Shown here: piece by piece, positions 29,701-38,569 of the stretch
Layout: every line of letters begins with the position of its first letter
Numbering within the stretch: position 1 is the first letter of the stretch
Source: Candidatus Latescibacterota bacterium
GTDB taxonomy: Bacteria; Krumholzibacteriota; Krumholzibacteriia; WVZY01
DNA: 64,000 nucleotides
Assembly: GCA_020352495.1 (NCBI GenBank)
Contig: CP070677.1
Location: 1,975,418-2,039,417 of the forward strand
Direction: 5' to 3'
Program-made: the position numbers and the translations under genes
Notes under the pieces: model-generated
Seen by the model: only the letters and a program-made list of their open reading frames with translations
Databases searched by the model: none
What the model was told of the DNA's origin: nothing

Positions 29701-32609
29701 GTACGTCGGCAAGCTCGAGCCAATCGACGACCGCGAGCTCCTCTCTTTCGACCTCCCAGTCGACAACGGCTTCGACGAGCCAATCGACGACAAACAATCC
29801 CGAGCTTCTTCATGGCGTTCTTTCCGATCTCGACTTGGGCTCTCCCTTCGACGTTACTTACGCCGTTGTCGAGCTCGGCGATGAATCCGGCGGGCTTATT
29901 ACCATTGATGTTCCCGGTTATACCGAGGCGAACATCTTCGGCGTTACGCCGACGTCCTTTCCTCTCAAGTTGGTTTGGGAGTCGGGCTTTTGGAAGGCGC
30001 GCGTTCAGCTCTTCTCGGAAGACCCAGCGGATAGTGCCGAGAACCTCGTCCTTAAGCTTTACATCTCGAGAATAACCTCAACCGGAACGGAGATCATCGG
30101 ACCGTTCCTCGCCGACGACCCGACGCAAGTCAACGGCTTGGAAGTCGGGTATCAGTATGTTTTTACTTGGGATAACCTTTCTTGGTCGGAGACGGACGCA
30201 TCGCAAGCGTTGAGTTCAACCGACCGGATCATGGTTACGTACGAGTTCCAGAACCTTTCCGGAACGAATATAACGATTCGCCTCGCCGGCGCTTGGCACA
30301 CAACGGGGATCGATAAACCGATTGAGCCGGGAACGAGCTTCTCGACCTCGGCTTCGACCTCTCTTTCGACGACGGCTTCGACGAGCCTTTCTTCGACGCA
30401 AAGTACGACGGCAAGCACGACGGCGAGTTCTTCGCTTTCTTCGACGGCAAGCACCTCGGCGAGCTCGAGTCTTTCAACTTCGCAATCGACGACGGCGAGC
30501 TCGTCTCTTTCAACTTCGCAAAGTACGACCGCGAGCTCCTCCCTATCGACGACGCAAAGTACGACGAAGAGTACCTCGCAAAGCTCCTCGTTGAGTACCT
30601 CGGCGAGTTCCTCGTTGAGTACCTCAGCCTCGACCTCCGAGTCGAGTACGACATCGGCAACAACGACGGCGAGTACCTCGCAAAGCTCCTCGCTGAGTAC
30701 CTCGGCAAGTTCTTCGCTATCATCGACGGCGAGCTCGTCTCTCTCTTCGACGCAATCGACGACGGCCTCCTCGAGCCTCTCGACATCACAGAGCACGACC
30801 GCGAGTTCGTCGCTTTCGAGTTCCCAAAGCACGACGGCCTCCTCGAGCCTCTCCTCGACGGCGAGCACCTCGGCAAGCTCAAGCCTTTCGACATCTCAAA
30901 GCACGGTCGCGAGTACCTCGGGAAGTACGACGGCGAGCTCGTCGCTTTCTTCGACGCAATCGACGACGGCGAGCACCTCTCAAAGTACGACGGCGAGCTC
31001 CTCCCTTTCTTCGACGCAATCGACGACCGCGAGCTCCTCGCTTTCAACGACGCAATCGACGACCGCGAGCACGAGCCAATCGACGACGCAAAGTACGACC
31101 GCGAGTACGAGCCAGTCGACGACGGCCTCCTCGAGTCTCTCAACGTCGCAATCGACAACGGCGAGCTCGTCTCTTTCAACGACGCAATCGACGACGGCGA
31201 GTACGAGTCAATCGACGACGGCCTCCTCGAGTCTCTCAACGTCGCAATCGACGACGGCCTCCTCGAGTCTCTCAACGTCACAATCGACGACGGCCTCCTC
31301 GAGTCTTTCAACGTCGCAATCGACGACGGCCTCCTCGAGTCTCTCAACGTCACAATCGACGACGGCCTCCTCGAGTCTCTCAACGACGCAAAGTACGACC
31401 GCAAGTACGACACAAAGCACGACCGCGAGTACGAGCCAATCGACGACGGCGAGCTCGTCCCTTTCGAGCTCTCAAAGTACGACCGCAAGCTCCTCGCTCT
31501 CAACGTCGGCAAGCACGACGCAATCATACACCTCCTCGCAATCGTCGACGGCTTCGACGAGCCAAAGCAGCTCCCTAAGTACAACCGCAAGCTCGAGCCT
31601 CTCAACAACGGCGAGCACATCGGGGACGACGACTGCATCATCTTCGGCGAGTTCAAGCGCCTCCTCCTGTGCATCGTCGTCCCTCTCTACTTCCCAATCG
31701 TCGACCGCGAGCTCGAGTCTTTCTTCGACGCAATCGACGACGGCGAGTACCTCCCAAAGCACGACGACGACCGTATCAACCTCCGCTTCGACGAGTCAAT
31801 CGTTTACCTCGTCGCAATCGTCGACCCGTTCCACGTCTCAATCCACGAGCATGAGTACGAGCATGAGCACGACAAGATCAACGACAACAACGGCTCCGAT
31901 TACGCCTCCGCCGTTAACGAGCCCGGCGAAGCTTTTGCTTCATATCAAGATCGTTCCGCGTTATAACGACGAGGAGCTCGTCCAACATGCGGATGATCAG
32001 ATCAACACCGGAACGACGATCACCGGCGAGCCGCATGAGGTTCCCGGCTTCCCGATTGGAAACGCGGTCGAGTCGTACCAGGGCTTTTTGACTTGCGAAA
32101 TTTTCTGGGAGACGATCGAGACCGATACCGACGGCGAGCCCGATACGGACCTCACCGGAGACGGCTTGATTGTTTACGCAGCGGAGGCGCTTTGCGAGAC
32201 GCAAAAGATCATCGAAATTGATCCGGCTCCGTCGGGCTTTCTCCATTTCGTTTTCCGGCTTCGTACGGCTTGGGGCTCGAGCGATTACATCGATATCGAT
32301 CAATATGTCTACATTGCATCGCACGCTGCCTGCGGCGCTCTTGGCGGCGATCCGACGCGGACGAGTTCTTCGGTCGCAACGCCGGCGACGACTTATCCGA
32401 CGGTAACCTCGGTATTGACGACGACGGGCTCGACGAGTCTTACGACTTCCGTTACGACCTCGATTACAACGTCTTTCTCGAGTACGCGATCGACCTCCGG
32501 CTCGACGTCGAAAAGCACCTCGGGATCGACTTCGATTTCGAGCTCGGCTTCGACTTCGGTTTCTCGATCGGGCTCGACTTCGGCATCAACCCCATGGATT
32601 GAGTTTTAA
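23787..32609 (+). CDS. Giant tail-fibre-like protein: 8 tandem copies of an approximately 190-aa domain separated by Ser/Thr-rich linkers, plus a distinct C-terminal domain
   Basis: The ORF is 2940 aa. Each copy begins 'TT(N/Q)NPE' (nt 23940, 24668, 25389, 26134, 26949, 27756, 28862, 29797) and ends 'GIDKP'. An approximately 530-aa pure S/T linker spans 30330-31900. The C-terminal domain is 'IKIVPRYNDEELVQH...'. Confidence 0.8.
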   Translation: MATTLPGPAPTTTTPVLTTINTTSQSSSASTSITSSLSTSVSSSASTSTTTNNPEVVNSIESDLWSTDLQAWELVELGEETLGWYTVDIEDLQTVDVYAFSPPGVPGKLNWETGDWKVRLKVWKVTIGSTADIEDVQCQVRLARVSADGQTLVQGEFLSDPPSSYNLNITDLFIYRWSNLSWTGGLKTQNASDRIRIKFSYTLLDFTGGSIGVEILSGRFNTAGVDKPIEINTGYTTSLSTSQSSSLSTSQSTVASTSGSTTASSSVSSTQSTTQSTSASSSFTTTASTPSTTQNPEVLGNPEPDDVDFGETDDAVRTLSALGREKNDFFQLIVPGFDAQNLYGVTPANYPGSYDWESGNWKVRVRIFSAAGGGDLDDIALKIFLSRVSDSGTQLLGEFQSDSPTQQLGLEAQKTYFFRWSNVIWSESDATGSLAQTDRLLIRYEFQNLNASSLTLSLAIGEYEHWGVDKPLVHQTYTSASTSQSSTASSSLSSSLSSTASSSLSSTASSSLSSSLSSTASTSGSTSASSSTTTQNPELLVGTLDESTVLGATDDAVYEIVDYGLKSGTFIVLAVEKWEVSNLYGITDVGHPGKHDWETGDWKVRFAISNTLEGDAADLSMKVYLSRVSEDGSVVKYGPIQSEDPVQVNSLEVQHTYIFRWTDVAWDDTEADNPFSSRDRILITYEFQNLSADLIRFRSIGLWSTTGIDKPISAVTSTSQSTSLSTTASSSQSSSLSSSQSSSLSSSQSTTASTTASTTASTSLSSSLSTSATTTASTPSTTNNPEVVNQYASNLQLGDTDDVTLEIVDFGEEISGYISVTVEGYSDASLYCVTRTGHPNKVYWEDGSWKTRYRVADSFNGNLDDVVLKGYIARITDDGTIISGPHPGEPVQYSGLEVFDTYVFRWPNFVWSETDASQAFSKSDRILVIFEFHNTGADWIRIRTISNWAHTGIDKPVIPISTSQSTSASTSQSSTQSTTASSTQSTTASSSLSTSQSTTASSSLSSTQSTTASTSQSTTASSSLSSSLSSTASTSASSSLSTSATTTASTPSTTNNPEVVNQYVSADLHFGATDDVTREIVNLGGESPGFIPIIIEGYSDASLYCVTRSGHPNKVDWEAGSWKIRYRISDSWNGDLGDVVLKGYIARVTDDGTIISGPWAGDPVQYAGLETYDTYIFRWPNFVWSETDASQAFSKSDRILVIFEFHNTGADWIRIRTISNWTHVGIDKPVIPISTSQSTSASTSVSTTASSSLSSSLSSTQSTTASTTASSSLSTSQSTTASSSLSSTASTSQSTTQSTTASTTASSSLSTSATTTASTPSTTNNPEVVNQYASNLQLGDTDDVTLEIVDLGEEVAGYIQVTIEGYSEASLYCVTRTGHPNKVYWEDGSWKTRYRVVDSYNGDLSDVVLKGYIARITDDGTIISGPHSGEPIQYAGLETYDTYIFRWPNFVWSETDASQAFSKSDRILVIFEFSNTGADWIRIRTISNWAHTGIDKPVVPISTSQSTSASTSASTTQSTTASSSLSSTASTSASTTQSTTRSTSQSTSLSVSFSTSQSSSLSSSQSSTQSTTASSSLSTSQSTTASSSLSTSQSTTASSSLSTSQSTTASSSLSSSLSTSQSTTASSSLSTSQSTTASSSLSTSQSTTASSSLSSSQSTTASSSLSSTASTSLTSSQSTTASSSASTPSTTINPEILVGVFSDLALGDTDDNTYQIVDLGDEGGHFVVHYVEGYEESNVYGVTAAGHPGKTNWERGAWKVRFQVSNTLEGDVADLSLQVYISRVTSTGVLWDGPFLADSPTIVNGLEVQKVYVFRWNDVSFLSGETSDRIMIQYRFQNTSSTRVGIRSIGVFPSLGIDKPVSGVTSASTSVSTTQSTTASTSASSSLSTSQSTTASSSLSTSQSTTASSSLSSTQSTTASSSLSTSQSTTASTSLSSTQSTTASTSQSTTASSSLSSTQSTTASTSQSSTMSTSASSSQSTTASSSLSTSQSTTASTSQSTTNNPELLHGVLSDLDLGSPFDVTYAVVELGDESGGLITIDVPGYTEANIFGVTPTSFPLKLVWESGFWKARVQLFSEDPADSAENLVLKLYISRITSTGTEIIGPFLADDPTQVNGLEVGYQYVFTWDNLSWSETDASQALSSTDRIMVTYEFQNLSGTNITIRLAGAWHTTGIDKPIEPGTSFSTSASTSLSTTASTSLSSTQSTTASTTASSSLSSTASTSASSSLSTSQSTTASSSLSTSQSTTASSSLSTTQSTTKSTSQSSSLSTSASSSLSTSASTSESSTTSATTTASTSQSSSLSTSASSSLSSTASSSLSSTQSTTASSSLSTSQSTTASSSLSSSQSTTASSSLSSTASTSASSSLSTSQSTVASTSGSTTASSSLSSTQSTTASTSQSTTASSSLSSTQSTTASSSLSTTQSTTASTSQSTTQSTTASTSQSTTASSSLSTSQSTTASSSLSTTQSTTASTSQSTTASSSLSTSQSTTASSSLSTSQSTTASSSLSTSQSTTASSSLSTSQSTTASSSLSTTQSTTASTTQSTTASTSQSTTASSSLSSSQSTTASSSLSTSASTTQSYTSSQSSTASTSQSSSLSTTASSSLSTTASTSGTTTASSSASSSASSCASSSLSTSQSSTASSSLSSTQSTTASTSQSTTTTVSTSASTSQSFTSSQSSTRSTSQSTSMSTSMSTTRSTTTTAPITPPPLTSPAKLLLHIKIVPRYNDEELVQHADDQINTGTTITGEPHEVPGFPIGNAVESYQGFLTCEIFWETIETDTDGEPDTDLTGDGLIVYAAEALCETQKIIEIDPAPSGFLHFVFRLRTAWGSSDYIDIDQYVYIASHAACGALGGDPTRTSSSVATPATTYPTVTSVLTTTGSTSLTTSVTTSITTSFSSTRSTSGSTSKSTSGSTSISSSASTSVSRSGSTSASTPWIEF
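26134..28310 (+). repeat. Three near-identical direct repeats of about 560 bp (domain copies 4-6 of the fibre gene)
   Basis: For example, 26281-26460 is about 90% identical to 27901-28080, and 27301-27400 is about 100% identical to 28101-28200. Confidence 0.8.
30330..31900 (+). repeat. Coding low-complexity Ser/Thr-rich repeat of about 1.6 kb
   Basis: (STSQSTTASSSLS)n with no interruption. Confidence 0.85.
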
Positions 32610-32611
32610 TC

Positions 32612-34231
32612 ATGGATAGCTCTCGAAGAAAATACTTCGGCGGAGAACTTGACCTCGTTCATCAGCAACCGACGAATCGGGCTCCGGCGCATCGAGTCGT
32701 CATTTGGAATCCAAACCGGACGAGCATTCACGAGGTTTGCTTGGGCGAAGCGGAGAGCCCGGAGTATGATGTCACGGATTGGGTTTCGTCGATCTCTTAT
32801 TCGGAAAATATTACTTGGGAGAATAACGACGATGCGATTGCGTCGAATTGCGTTCTTTCGGTGATATACGACGAGGACGCGCTTCCGATTGAGATGACCG
32901 AGAAAACATGGCTCGACGGAACTCCGGTTCGGATATATCAGGGCGATCGCCGGATAAAGAAGGAGCTATGGATTCCGATCTTTACCGGCGTCGTCCGCGG
33001 CGTTCCCTCGACGACGGAGTATTCTCGGTCGGAGACCAAGGCGCGGATGCTCAACGTAACGTGCGTCGATCGCGCCGAAAAATACTTAAACTCGGTCGTT
33101 ACGGCGCGGGCTTACGAGACGGAGACCGACGTTGGAAAGGCGGCGGTCGAAACGGCGATCGAATGGATGTATCTCGATCGCCGCGAGATCATGATCGGTT
33201 ATCAAGATTACGCGATCGCGCATACTCAAAGTCAGCTCGTCGATGTCGAGGTTCTCAAGGGGGTCTTTCAAATTTTGTTTACGGTCGGCAAAAAGCCGAA
33301 GTTCAACGGAGAGGGCTTTCTCGTTGCGGCGGATACCGATCTTGATAAGCCGCCGATACGGCGATACCAAAACAAAGACCATATCGTCGAGATTCGCCGC
33401 GAGCAAATCTTGAGCTCGGTCAATAACTCGGTTCGCCTCCTCGGCATTGATGACGAGCTTACGGCGGTCGTTGAAAGTACGAAGCGGCTCGCGCATGGGA
33501 ATATTACGAGCGGCTTCTTCGAGGATGAAGTACGGCATCGGGTTTATTTCTCGGAGAACGATGGTAAGGAGAACCAAGGTCGGCGCGCGAAGAATACTTA
33601 TCTCGCGAATGAACGAATAAGCTCGATCGGCGCTTTTTTCGGCGAAGGTTTGCGATGGGCTCCCAACATCGAAGATGATGGCTTCACGGTTTTTTGGGGT
33701 CAGGTTGTTTTCAATACCGGATATGATCCGGCGGTTCGCGCGACGCTTACCGGACTTTGGGCGGCATCGCAGGCGATAATCCTTCTTGGTTGGCTCGGCG
33801 TCGTTCCTGATTGGATTGTCGCGATTGCTCAAGCGACGGGGACGGCGGCGATGATCGGGATGATCCTTAGCATGACCGAGGTCGGCCATGTTTATTGGGA
33901 GGTTCATGGGCAACCCTTTCAGAACGTTTATCAACAGCTTTGCTCAACGGCGCAACTCTCGGGGATCCTCACTGAGGATATCAAGGAGATTGAACTTCGG
34001 AACGATTGGCTTTACGACATCGGATACATGCGAGCTCGAGCGAAGGAGCTCCTTCGCCGCGAGCTTATCAAGGGATGGTCTTATCAAATTCACATGATCG
34101 ATGATCCGTTCATCGAAGTTGATGACATTATCGAGATCGAGTCGATGAAGTTCTATATTACCTCGATCCGGAAGAACTTGCTTCGACCGGGAGACGGTAA
34201 AATGATCTGTACGGCTTGGAGGATTGCGTAA
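32612..34231 (+). CDS. Hypothetical protein (baseplate/tail-associated position)
   Basis: The ORF is 539 aa. Confidence 0.5.
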   Translation: MDSSRRKYFGGELDLVHQQPTNRAPAHRVVIWNPNRTSIHEVCLGEAESPEYDVTDWVSSISYSENITWENNDDAIASNCVLSVIYDEDALPIEMTEKTWLDGTPVRIYQGDRRIKKELWIPIFTGVVRGVPSTTEYSRSETKARMLNVTCVDRAEKYLNSVVTARAYETETDVGKAAVETAIEWMYLDRREIMIGYQDYAIAHTQSQLVDVEVLKGVFQILFTVGKKPKFNGEGFLVAADTDLDKPPIRRYQNKDHIVEIRREQILSSVNNSVRLLGIDDELTAVVESTKRLAHGNITSGFFEDEVRHRVYFSENDGKENQGRRAKNTYLANERISSIGAFFGEGLRWAPNIEDDGFTVFWGQVVFNTGYDPAVRATLTGLWAASQAIILLGWLGVVPDWIVAIAQATGTAAMIGMILSMTEVGHVYWEVHGQPFQNVYQQLCSTAQLSGILTEDIKEIELRNDWLYDIGYMRARAKELLRRELIKGWSYQIHMIDDPFIEVDDIIEIESMKFYITSIRKNLLRPGDGKMICTAWRIA

Positions 34232-34782
34232 TGGCTCGAGAATTTTCGATAGTCCGGGAGTTGAGCCGCCGCGAGCTCGAGCGGCATACGAAACGCTTTA
34301 TCGGGGTTACGGTAACGAAGCCCGATTTTCGCGACCAAAACGGACTTACCGAATGGGTTTGCGATATTCGCGTTGGGGTGAAAGAGGGCTGGGCGCTCGT
34401 TAAAAATTGCCTCATTGCCCAATGGGCGATCGGCGCGGTTACGGATATGAATGTCCCGGTCCTCGCCGAGCGTTCCGAGGCCGGTCGGGTTACGATCATC
34501 GCGAGGAGCGACATTCAACTCCCGGATATCGACTTCGTTTCGTACTCGTACGATCAACTCGAGTTCTCTTTCATGCATAATCTCCGGACCCTCGACGATG
34601 GCTCGGTCGTCGACGGCTTCGGCTACGAATTCGCCGGTCCCTCGGATGGCGGCTATACCGCTCCGGTCGGGACCTCGACGACGCATCGGTATTCGAACCG
34701 CCTTATCGAATGGGGCTCGACTGATTTTGACTATGGCGTAACGGAGTTTGGCGCTACGATATCCGAATGGGAGGAGGTATAA
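34231..34782 (+). CDS. Hypothetical protein
   Basis: TAATG overlap with the upstream gene. RBS GGAGG. Confidence 0.45.
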   Translation: MAREFSIVRELSRRELERHTKRFIGVTVTKPDFRDQNGLTEWVCDIRVGVKEGWALVKNCLIAQWAIGAVTDMNVPVLAERSEAGRVTIIARSDIQLPDIDFVSYSYDQLEFSFMHNLRTLDDGSVVDGFGYEFAGPSDGGYTAPVGTSTTHRYSNRLIEWGSTDFDYGVTEFGATISEWEEV

Positions 34783-34785
34783 CCC

Positions 34786-35730
34786 ATGGCTTTTACCGCA
34801 CCGTCTTTGGTAACCGAGATCGACGGAACGAATTACGAATACGAAATTAACTTGAATTTTCGCCGGTTGCAAACCGCCTTGACTCAGATCCAAAACGAGC
34901 TCGGCGTTACGATCGGGAACGCAGCTCCCTCGAATTTGCTCCTTGTGGACCTTCTCCTCGGCCGTGCGGACGAGGGAATGCTCGGGACGAGTGGATGGGC
35001 GTTGAGCTTCCAAGACTCAACAGACGGGCTCTCCGTCGTTATTACGCACCCTACGAACGATGCCTCGTATTGCGTCATCAACGGGCTTCTCCATAAAAGT
35101 GAAGCCGGCTTAACCTACGGGATCGAGAACGCGCTTCCCGGAGGGGATGGCGTTTATCGGGTCGTTGTCGGGGTTACGAGCCTCGGCGCGCCGGCGGTTG
35201 AGTACGTTATCGAGAATGCGGAGGGCGCAACGGACGAGAGCGCGGACCTTACGCTTTGGAGCTTCGATGCCGTTGTTTCATCGGGGATCGTTACGGATGT
35301 CCGGAATCTTCGCCGGGAGACGACGGTCCTCGCCGACCGGAGCGCCTGGGATAACATCTACGGGCATGGGGAGACGTTGAGCTTTGGCGTCGAGGGAGCC
35401 CTCGGAGGCTCGCCGGCGAATCTCCAGCCGGGGATTATCGTTCCTTGGGATTGCGAGATAGTTCAGGCATACTTTAACCTCGGGACAGCTCCGGCGTCCG
35501 GCCTTACCGTCAAGCTCCGGAAGGACGAGACTGACGAGGACGTCCTCGCTTCGACCGTTTCATGGTCGGCGGCCGAGACGGGCGTCAAGTCGGCGGCGGG
35601 GACCGATCCGACGACCCTCGTCGCGGCGGGGACCTTTCTCCAGGCGGAGATGACCGCGGCGGACGCCTCGGCGGCGGACTTGTCGGTAACGGTCGAAGTT
35701 CGTAGAATCCATCATGCTTTGAGCATCTAA
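34786..35730 (+). CDS. Hypothetical protein
   Basis: RBS GGAGGAGG. The ORF is 314 aa. Confidence 0.5.
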   Translation: MAFTAPSLVTEIDGTNYEYEINLNFRRLQTALTQIQNELGVTIGNAAPSNLLLVDLLLGRADEGMLGTSGWALSFQDSTDGLSVVITHPTNDASYCVINGLLHKSEAGLTYGIENALPGGDGVYRVVVGVTSLGAPAVEYVIENAEGATDESADLTLWSFDAVVSSGIVTDVRNLRRETTVLADRSAWDNIYGHGETLSFGVEGALGGSPANLQPGIIVPWDCEIVQAYFNLGTAPASGLTVKLRKDETDEDVLASTVSWSAAETGVKSAAGTDPTTLVAAGTFLQAEMTAADASAADLSVTVEVRRIHHALSI

Positions 35731-35757
35731 ACCTACTACAAAGTGTAGCATCTCGAG

Positions 35758-36516
35758 ATGTCGATTACGCGCGTTCACGATTGGGCCGGCCGATTTACCG
35801 GCGTTCCCTTGGCGATTTGGGGGCCGGGACCTTCTTACGATATCGTTCCTCCGGATCTCAAGCGTCTCGGATGGAACTTCGCGCTAAACAACACGATTAC
35901 CGAATTCCTCGACGACCCGGATGTGTTTTGGGTCTCAAATGACCACGATCGAACCTTCGAGAACGTCAATATTCGCCGACACATGCTTCCGATCCTCAAG
36001 AATTGGAAGCCTTGGCGAACGATAACGAATCGAAAATTCATTCCCGGCGAATTCGGCGATATCGATTGGATCGATCATAAAGGTAATGCGAAGGGGCCGA
36101 CGGACTTCCGGCTCCCTTGTCCGAAGGAAGACCTCGAGGTTTGGTGGTATCATGAGAACGAGGGCTTTGAGGGATACCTTTATCACGGCGATAGCGTTCT
36201 CGAGCTTGCGCTCGAGGTCGCAACGCTTTGGGGCTTCTCGCCGATCGTTCTTTTCGGGATCGATCTCCAGCTTTTGAAGAAGCCTCGGCCGGCGGAGCCG
36301 CAATATTACGCGAAGCCTTGGCAATGGAAGGAGACGCCGCGACGAATCCTCAAGGGGCATAAGCTCTCGGATATGATCCTCGGCGTTCGGGCGCGCGCGG
36401 AGAAATGGAAGAAGAACATCTTTCATACCTCACCCTATCGACCAAAGCTTCCCTTTGTTAAGGTTTCGTTCGATCTCGCGCGGGAGATGCTCCATGCCGA
36501 AAGAGTCGTCGATTAA
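35758..36516 (+). CDS. Hypothetical protein, possible MAF/DUF115-like paralog
   Basis: 'LAIWGPGPSYD...IVLFGIDLQLL' parallels 'ILAGPAPSLL...VLLVGFDFEL' in the ORF at 2250. Confidence 0.4.
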   Translation: MSITRVHDWAGRFTGVPLAIWGPGPSYDIVPPDLKRLGWNFALNNTITEFLDDPDVFWVSNDHDRTFENVNIRRHMLPILKNWKPWRTITNRKFIPGEFGDIDWIDHKGNAKGPTDFRLPCPKEDLEVWWYHENEGFEGYLYHGDSVLELALEVATLWGFSPIVLFGIDLQLLKKPRPAEPQYYAKPWQWKETPRRILKGHKLSDMILGVRARAEKWKKNIFHTSPYRPKLPFVKVSFDLAREMLHAERVVD

Positions 36517-36829
36517 AGCCAAAATCATGGATTGGGCGAAGACGGAGCCGGACCTTTTCGTCGTCAAAATCCACGGGAATCCTTACATGCGGAAAGGGCT
36601 CCCGGACCTTATGGGAAGCGTTGGGATCGTCGCCTGGTATTGCGAACTAAAGCGACCGGGAAAGAAGAGAACGGAGCTCCAAAAGATCACGGCGAAGAAG
36701 ATCATCGCCGCCGGCGCGCCTTATTGCGTTGCTCATTCTCTCGAAGAGTTTCAGGACTTTATAAACCGTTGCCGTCTCAGAGCGCCGACTGAAGATTTTC
36801 TCTTGACAACGACTCCGGCCTCCGGGTAA
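36494..36829 (+). CDS. VRR-NUC domain nuclease
   Basis: The 'GLPDLMG...ELKRPGKK...QKI' core matches the VRR-NUC PD-(D/E)xK signature. RBS GGGAG. Confidence 0.65.
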   Translation: MPKESSIKAKIMDWAKTEPDLFVVKIHGNPYMRKGLPDLMGSVGIVAWYCELKRPGKKRTELQKITAKKIIAAGAPYCVAHSLEEFQDFINRCRLRAPTEDFLLTTTPASG

Positions 36830-36868
36830 GGTAGGCTCCCGCCTTGGCGCTTTTAAGGAGAGTCGGTC

Positions 36869-38569
36869 ATGATAAAAGCAAGCGTCGATCGCGGTCGGAT
36901 TACCCTGTCTTTTCGGTACGATCCCCACCTTGTTGAAAAGTGTAAATCTATCCTCGGAGCCCGTTGGAATAAGGCGGAGCGGTTCTGGGCTTATCCGGCA
37001 ACGCGCAATGCCGCTCGAGCGGTCTGGTCCGTTTTCGCTCCCTTTCCGGACGGTCCCGCGAACTTCGTTATTTCTCAAGAGTTCCACAATCTTCTAACCG
37101 ATATCGAACTCCCGCCGGACGGGACTCCAATCCCGAACGTTCCGACGAAGCCATGGGAGCATCAACGCAAGGCGTGGTGGTACGTTGTCTCCCAATGGGG
37201 GACGAACGGTAATCCTTGCGGCGCGGCGCTTCTTGGGATGGACATGGGGACAGGGAAAACGAAAGTAACGATTGACTTGATCCAGGTTTACGGATTTAAG
37301 CGGGTCTTGGTTACTTGCCCGACAAAGGTCGTCAAAGTTTGGGGCCGGGAGGCAAAGCGACATTGCGATCCCCGGATCCGTTTTCTTCTCCTTGGTAAAG
37401 GTCCGATAACGAAGCGCGCCGATAGACTTCTTACCGCGGCCGGCGTTCCGACGCCGCTCGTCGTTGTTACGAATTACGAAGCGACTCGAGCGGTAAGCAG
37501 CTATCGGGAAATGCATGACGCGATCAAGCGGACGGCTTGGGATTTGCTCGTCCTCGACGAAATTCACAGGATCAAAGCTCCGGGGGGCATGGATAGTCGG
37601 TTTTTCGATTCTCTCGCGGACATGATCCCTTGTCGTCTCGGGCTTACCGGAACGAGCCTCGGCGAAGGACCCATGGATGCGTACGGGCAATTCCGATTCC
37701 TTGATCGCTCAATCTTTGGAACGAGCTTCGTTCGCTTTCGCGGGCGTTATGCGATCATGGGAGGCTTCGAAGGAAAGAAGGTCGTTGATTACCAAAACGA
37801 GGGAGAGTTCGCCGAGCGCTTCGGGTCGATAACTTACGAGGTCCGCGCCGAGGATGTTCTCGATCTTCCCGACGAGCATCATGTCGAGCGGGAGGTCGAA
37901 CTTTCCGAAGCGACTCAAAAGCATTACTCGGAGATGGATGAAGAGTTTACGACTTGGGTCGGAGAGGACGGGGGAGATGTCTCGGTACAAAACGCAATGA
38001 GCCGGATTGGCAAGCTTCAGGAAATCACCGGAGGCTTTGTCCGCGATCCCGATACAAAGCGAGTTCATCGACTCGGTTCGGAAAAAGCCGAAGAACTCGG
38101 GGACGTCCTCGACGACCTCCGGCCGGACGAGCCGCTCCTCGTCTGTTGCCGGTTTCGGCCCGACCTTGATATTGTACGAGAAATCGTGGAAAAAAAGGGA
38201 CGGACTTATTCCGAGCTTTCGGGGAAGGCCGATCAATCCGAGGGGTGGATGGATGGGAAGACCGATGTCCTCGGCGTACAGATCGACGCCGGAAAGGAGG
38301 GGATCGACCTTACACGCGCGCGCTATTGCGTTATTTATTCGATGAGTTATTCGCGAACGGCTTACGCGCAATTTTTGCGAAGAATACGGCGGCCGAGGCA
38401 AAAATCAAAAACGGTTACGTTCATTCATCTCGTTGCCTCCGGGACCGTCGATAAACGGGTATATAGAGCCTTATTGAGGAAAACGTCTGTTGTCGAGTCG
38501 ATTTTGGAGGAGGTACGTGCAGAGAAAAGACGAAGTTCAAGAGCCCGGAGAAAAGAAGAAGATGAATGA
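36869..38569 (+). CDS. SNF2-family helicase
   Basis: Walker A 'MDMGTGKT', DExH box 'LVLDEIHRIK', and C-terminal helicase motifs. Confidence 0.8.
   Translation: MIKASVDRGRITLSFRYDPHLVEKCKSILGARWNKAERFWAYPATRNAARAVWSVFAPFPDGPANFVISQEFHNLLTDIELPPDGTPIPNVPTKPWEHQRKAWWYVVSQWGTNGNPCGAALLGMDMGTGKTKVTIDLIQVYGFKRVLVTCPTKVVKVWGREAKRHCDPRIRFLLLGKGPITKRADRLLTAAGVPTPLVVVTNYEATRAVSSYREMHDAIKRTAWDLLVLDEIHRIKAPGGMDSRFFDSLADMIPCRLGLTGTSLGEGPMDAYGQFRFLDRSIFGTSFVRFRGRYAIMGGFEGKKVVDYQNEGEFAERFGSITYEVRAEDVLDLPDEHHVEREVELSEATQKHYSEMDEEFTTWVGEDGGDVSVQNAMSRIGKLQEITGGFVRDPDTKRVHRLGSEKAEELGDVLDDLRPDEPLLVCCRFRPDLDIVREIVEKKGRTYSELSGKADQSEGWMDGKTDVLGVQIDAGKEGIDLTRARYCVIYSMSYSRTAYAQFLRRIRRPRQKSKTVTFIHLVASGTVDKRVYRALLRKTSVVESILEEVRAEKRRSSRARRKEEDE

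Noticed and set aside
26582-31762. Many - strand ORFs (e.g. 30235-31674 at 479 aa, 31208-31420 'ERLEEAVVDCDV' repeats, 28192-28860)
   Set aside because: They are the antisense of the Ser/Thr-repeat coding sequence. Their periodicity mirrors the sense repeats, and all lie inside the 23787-32609 gene.
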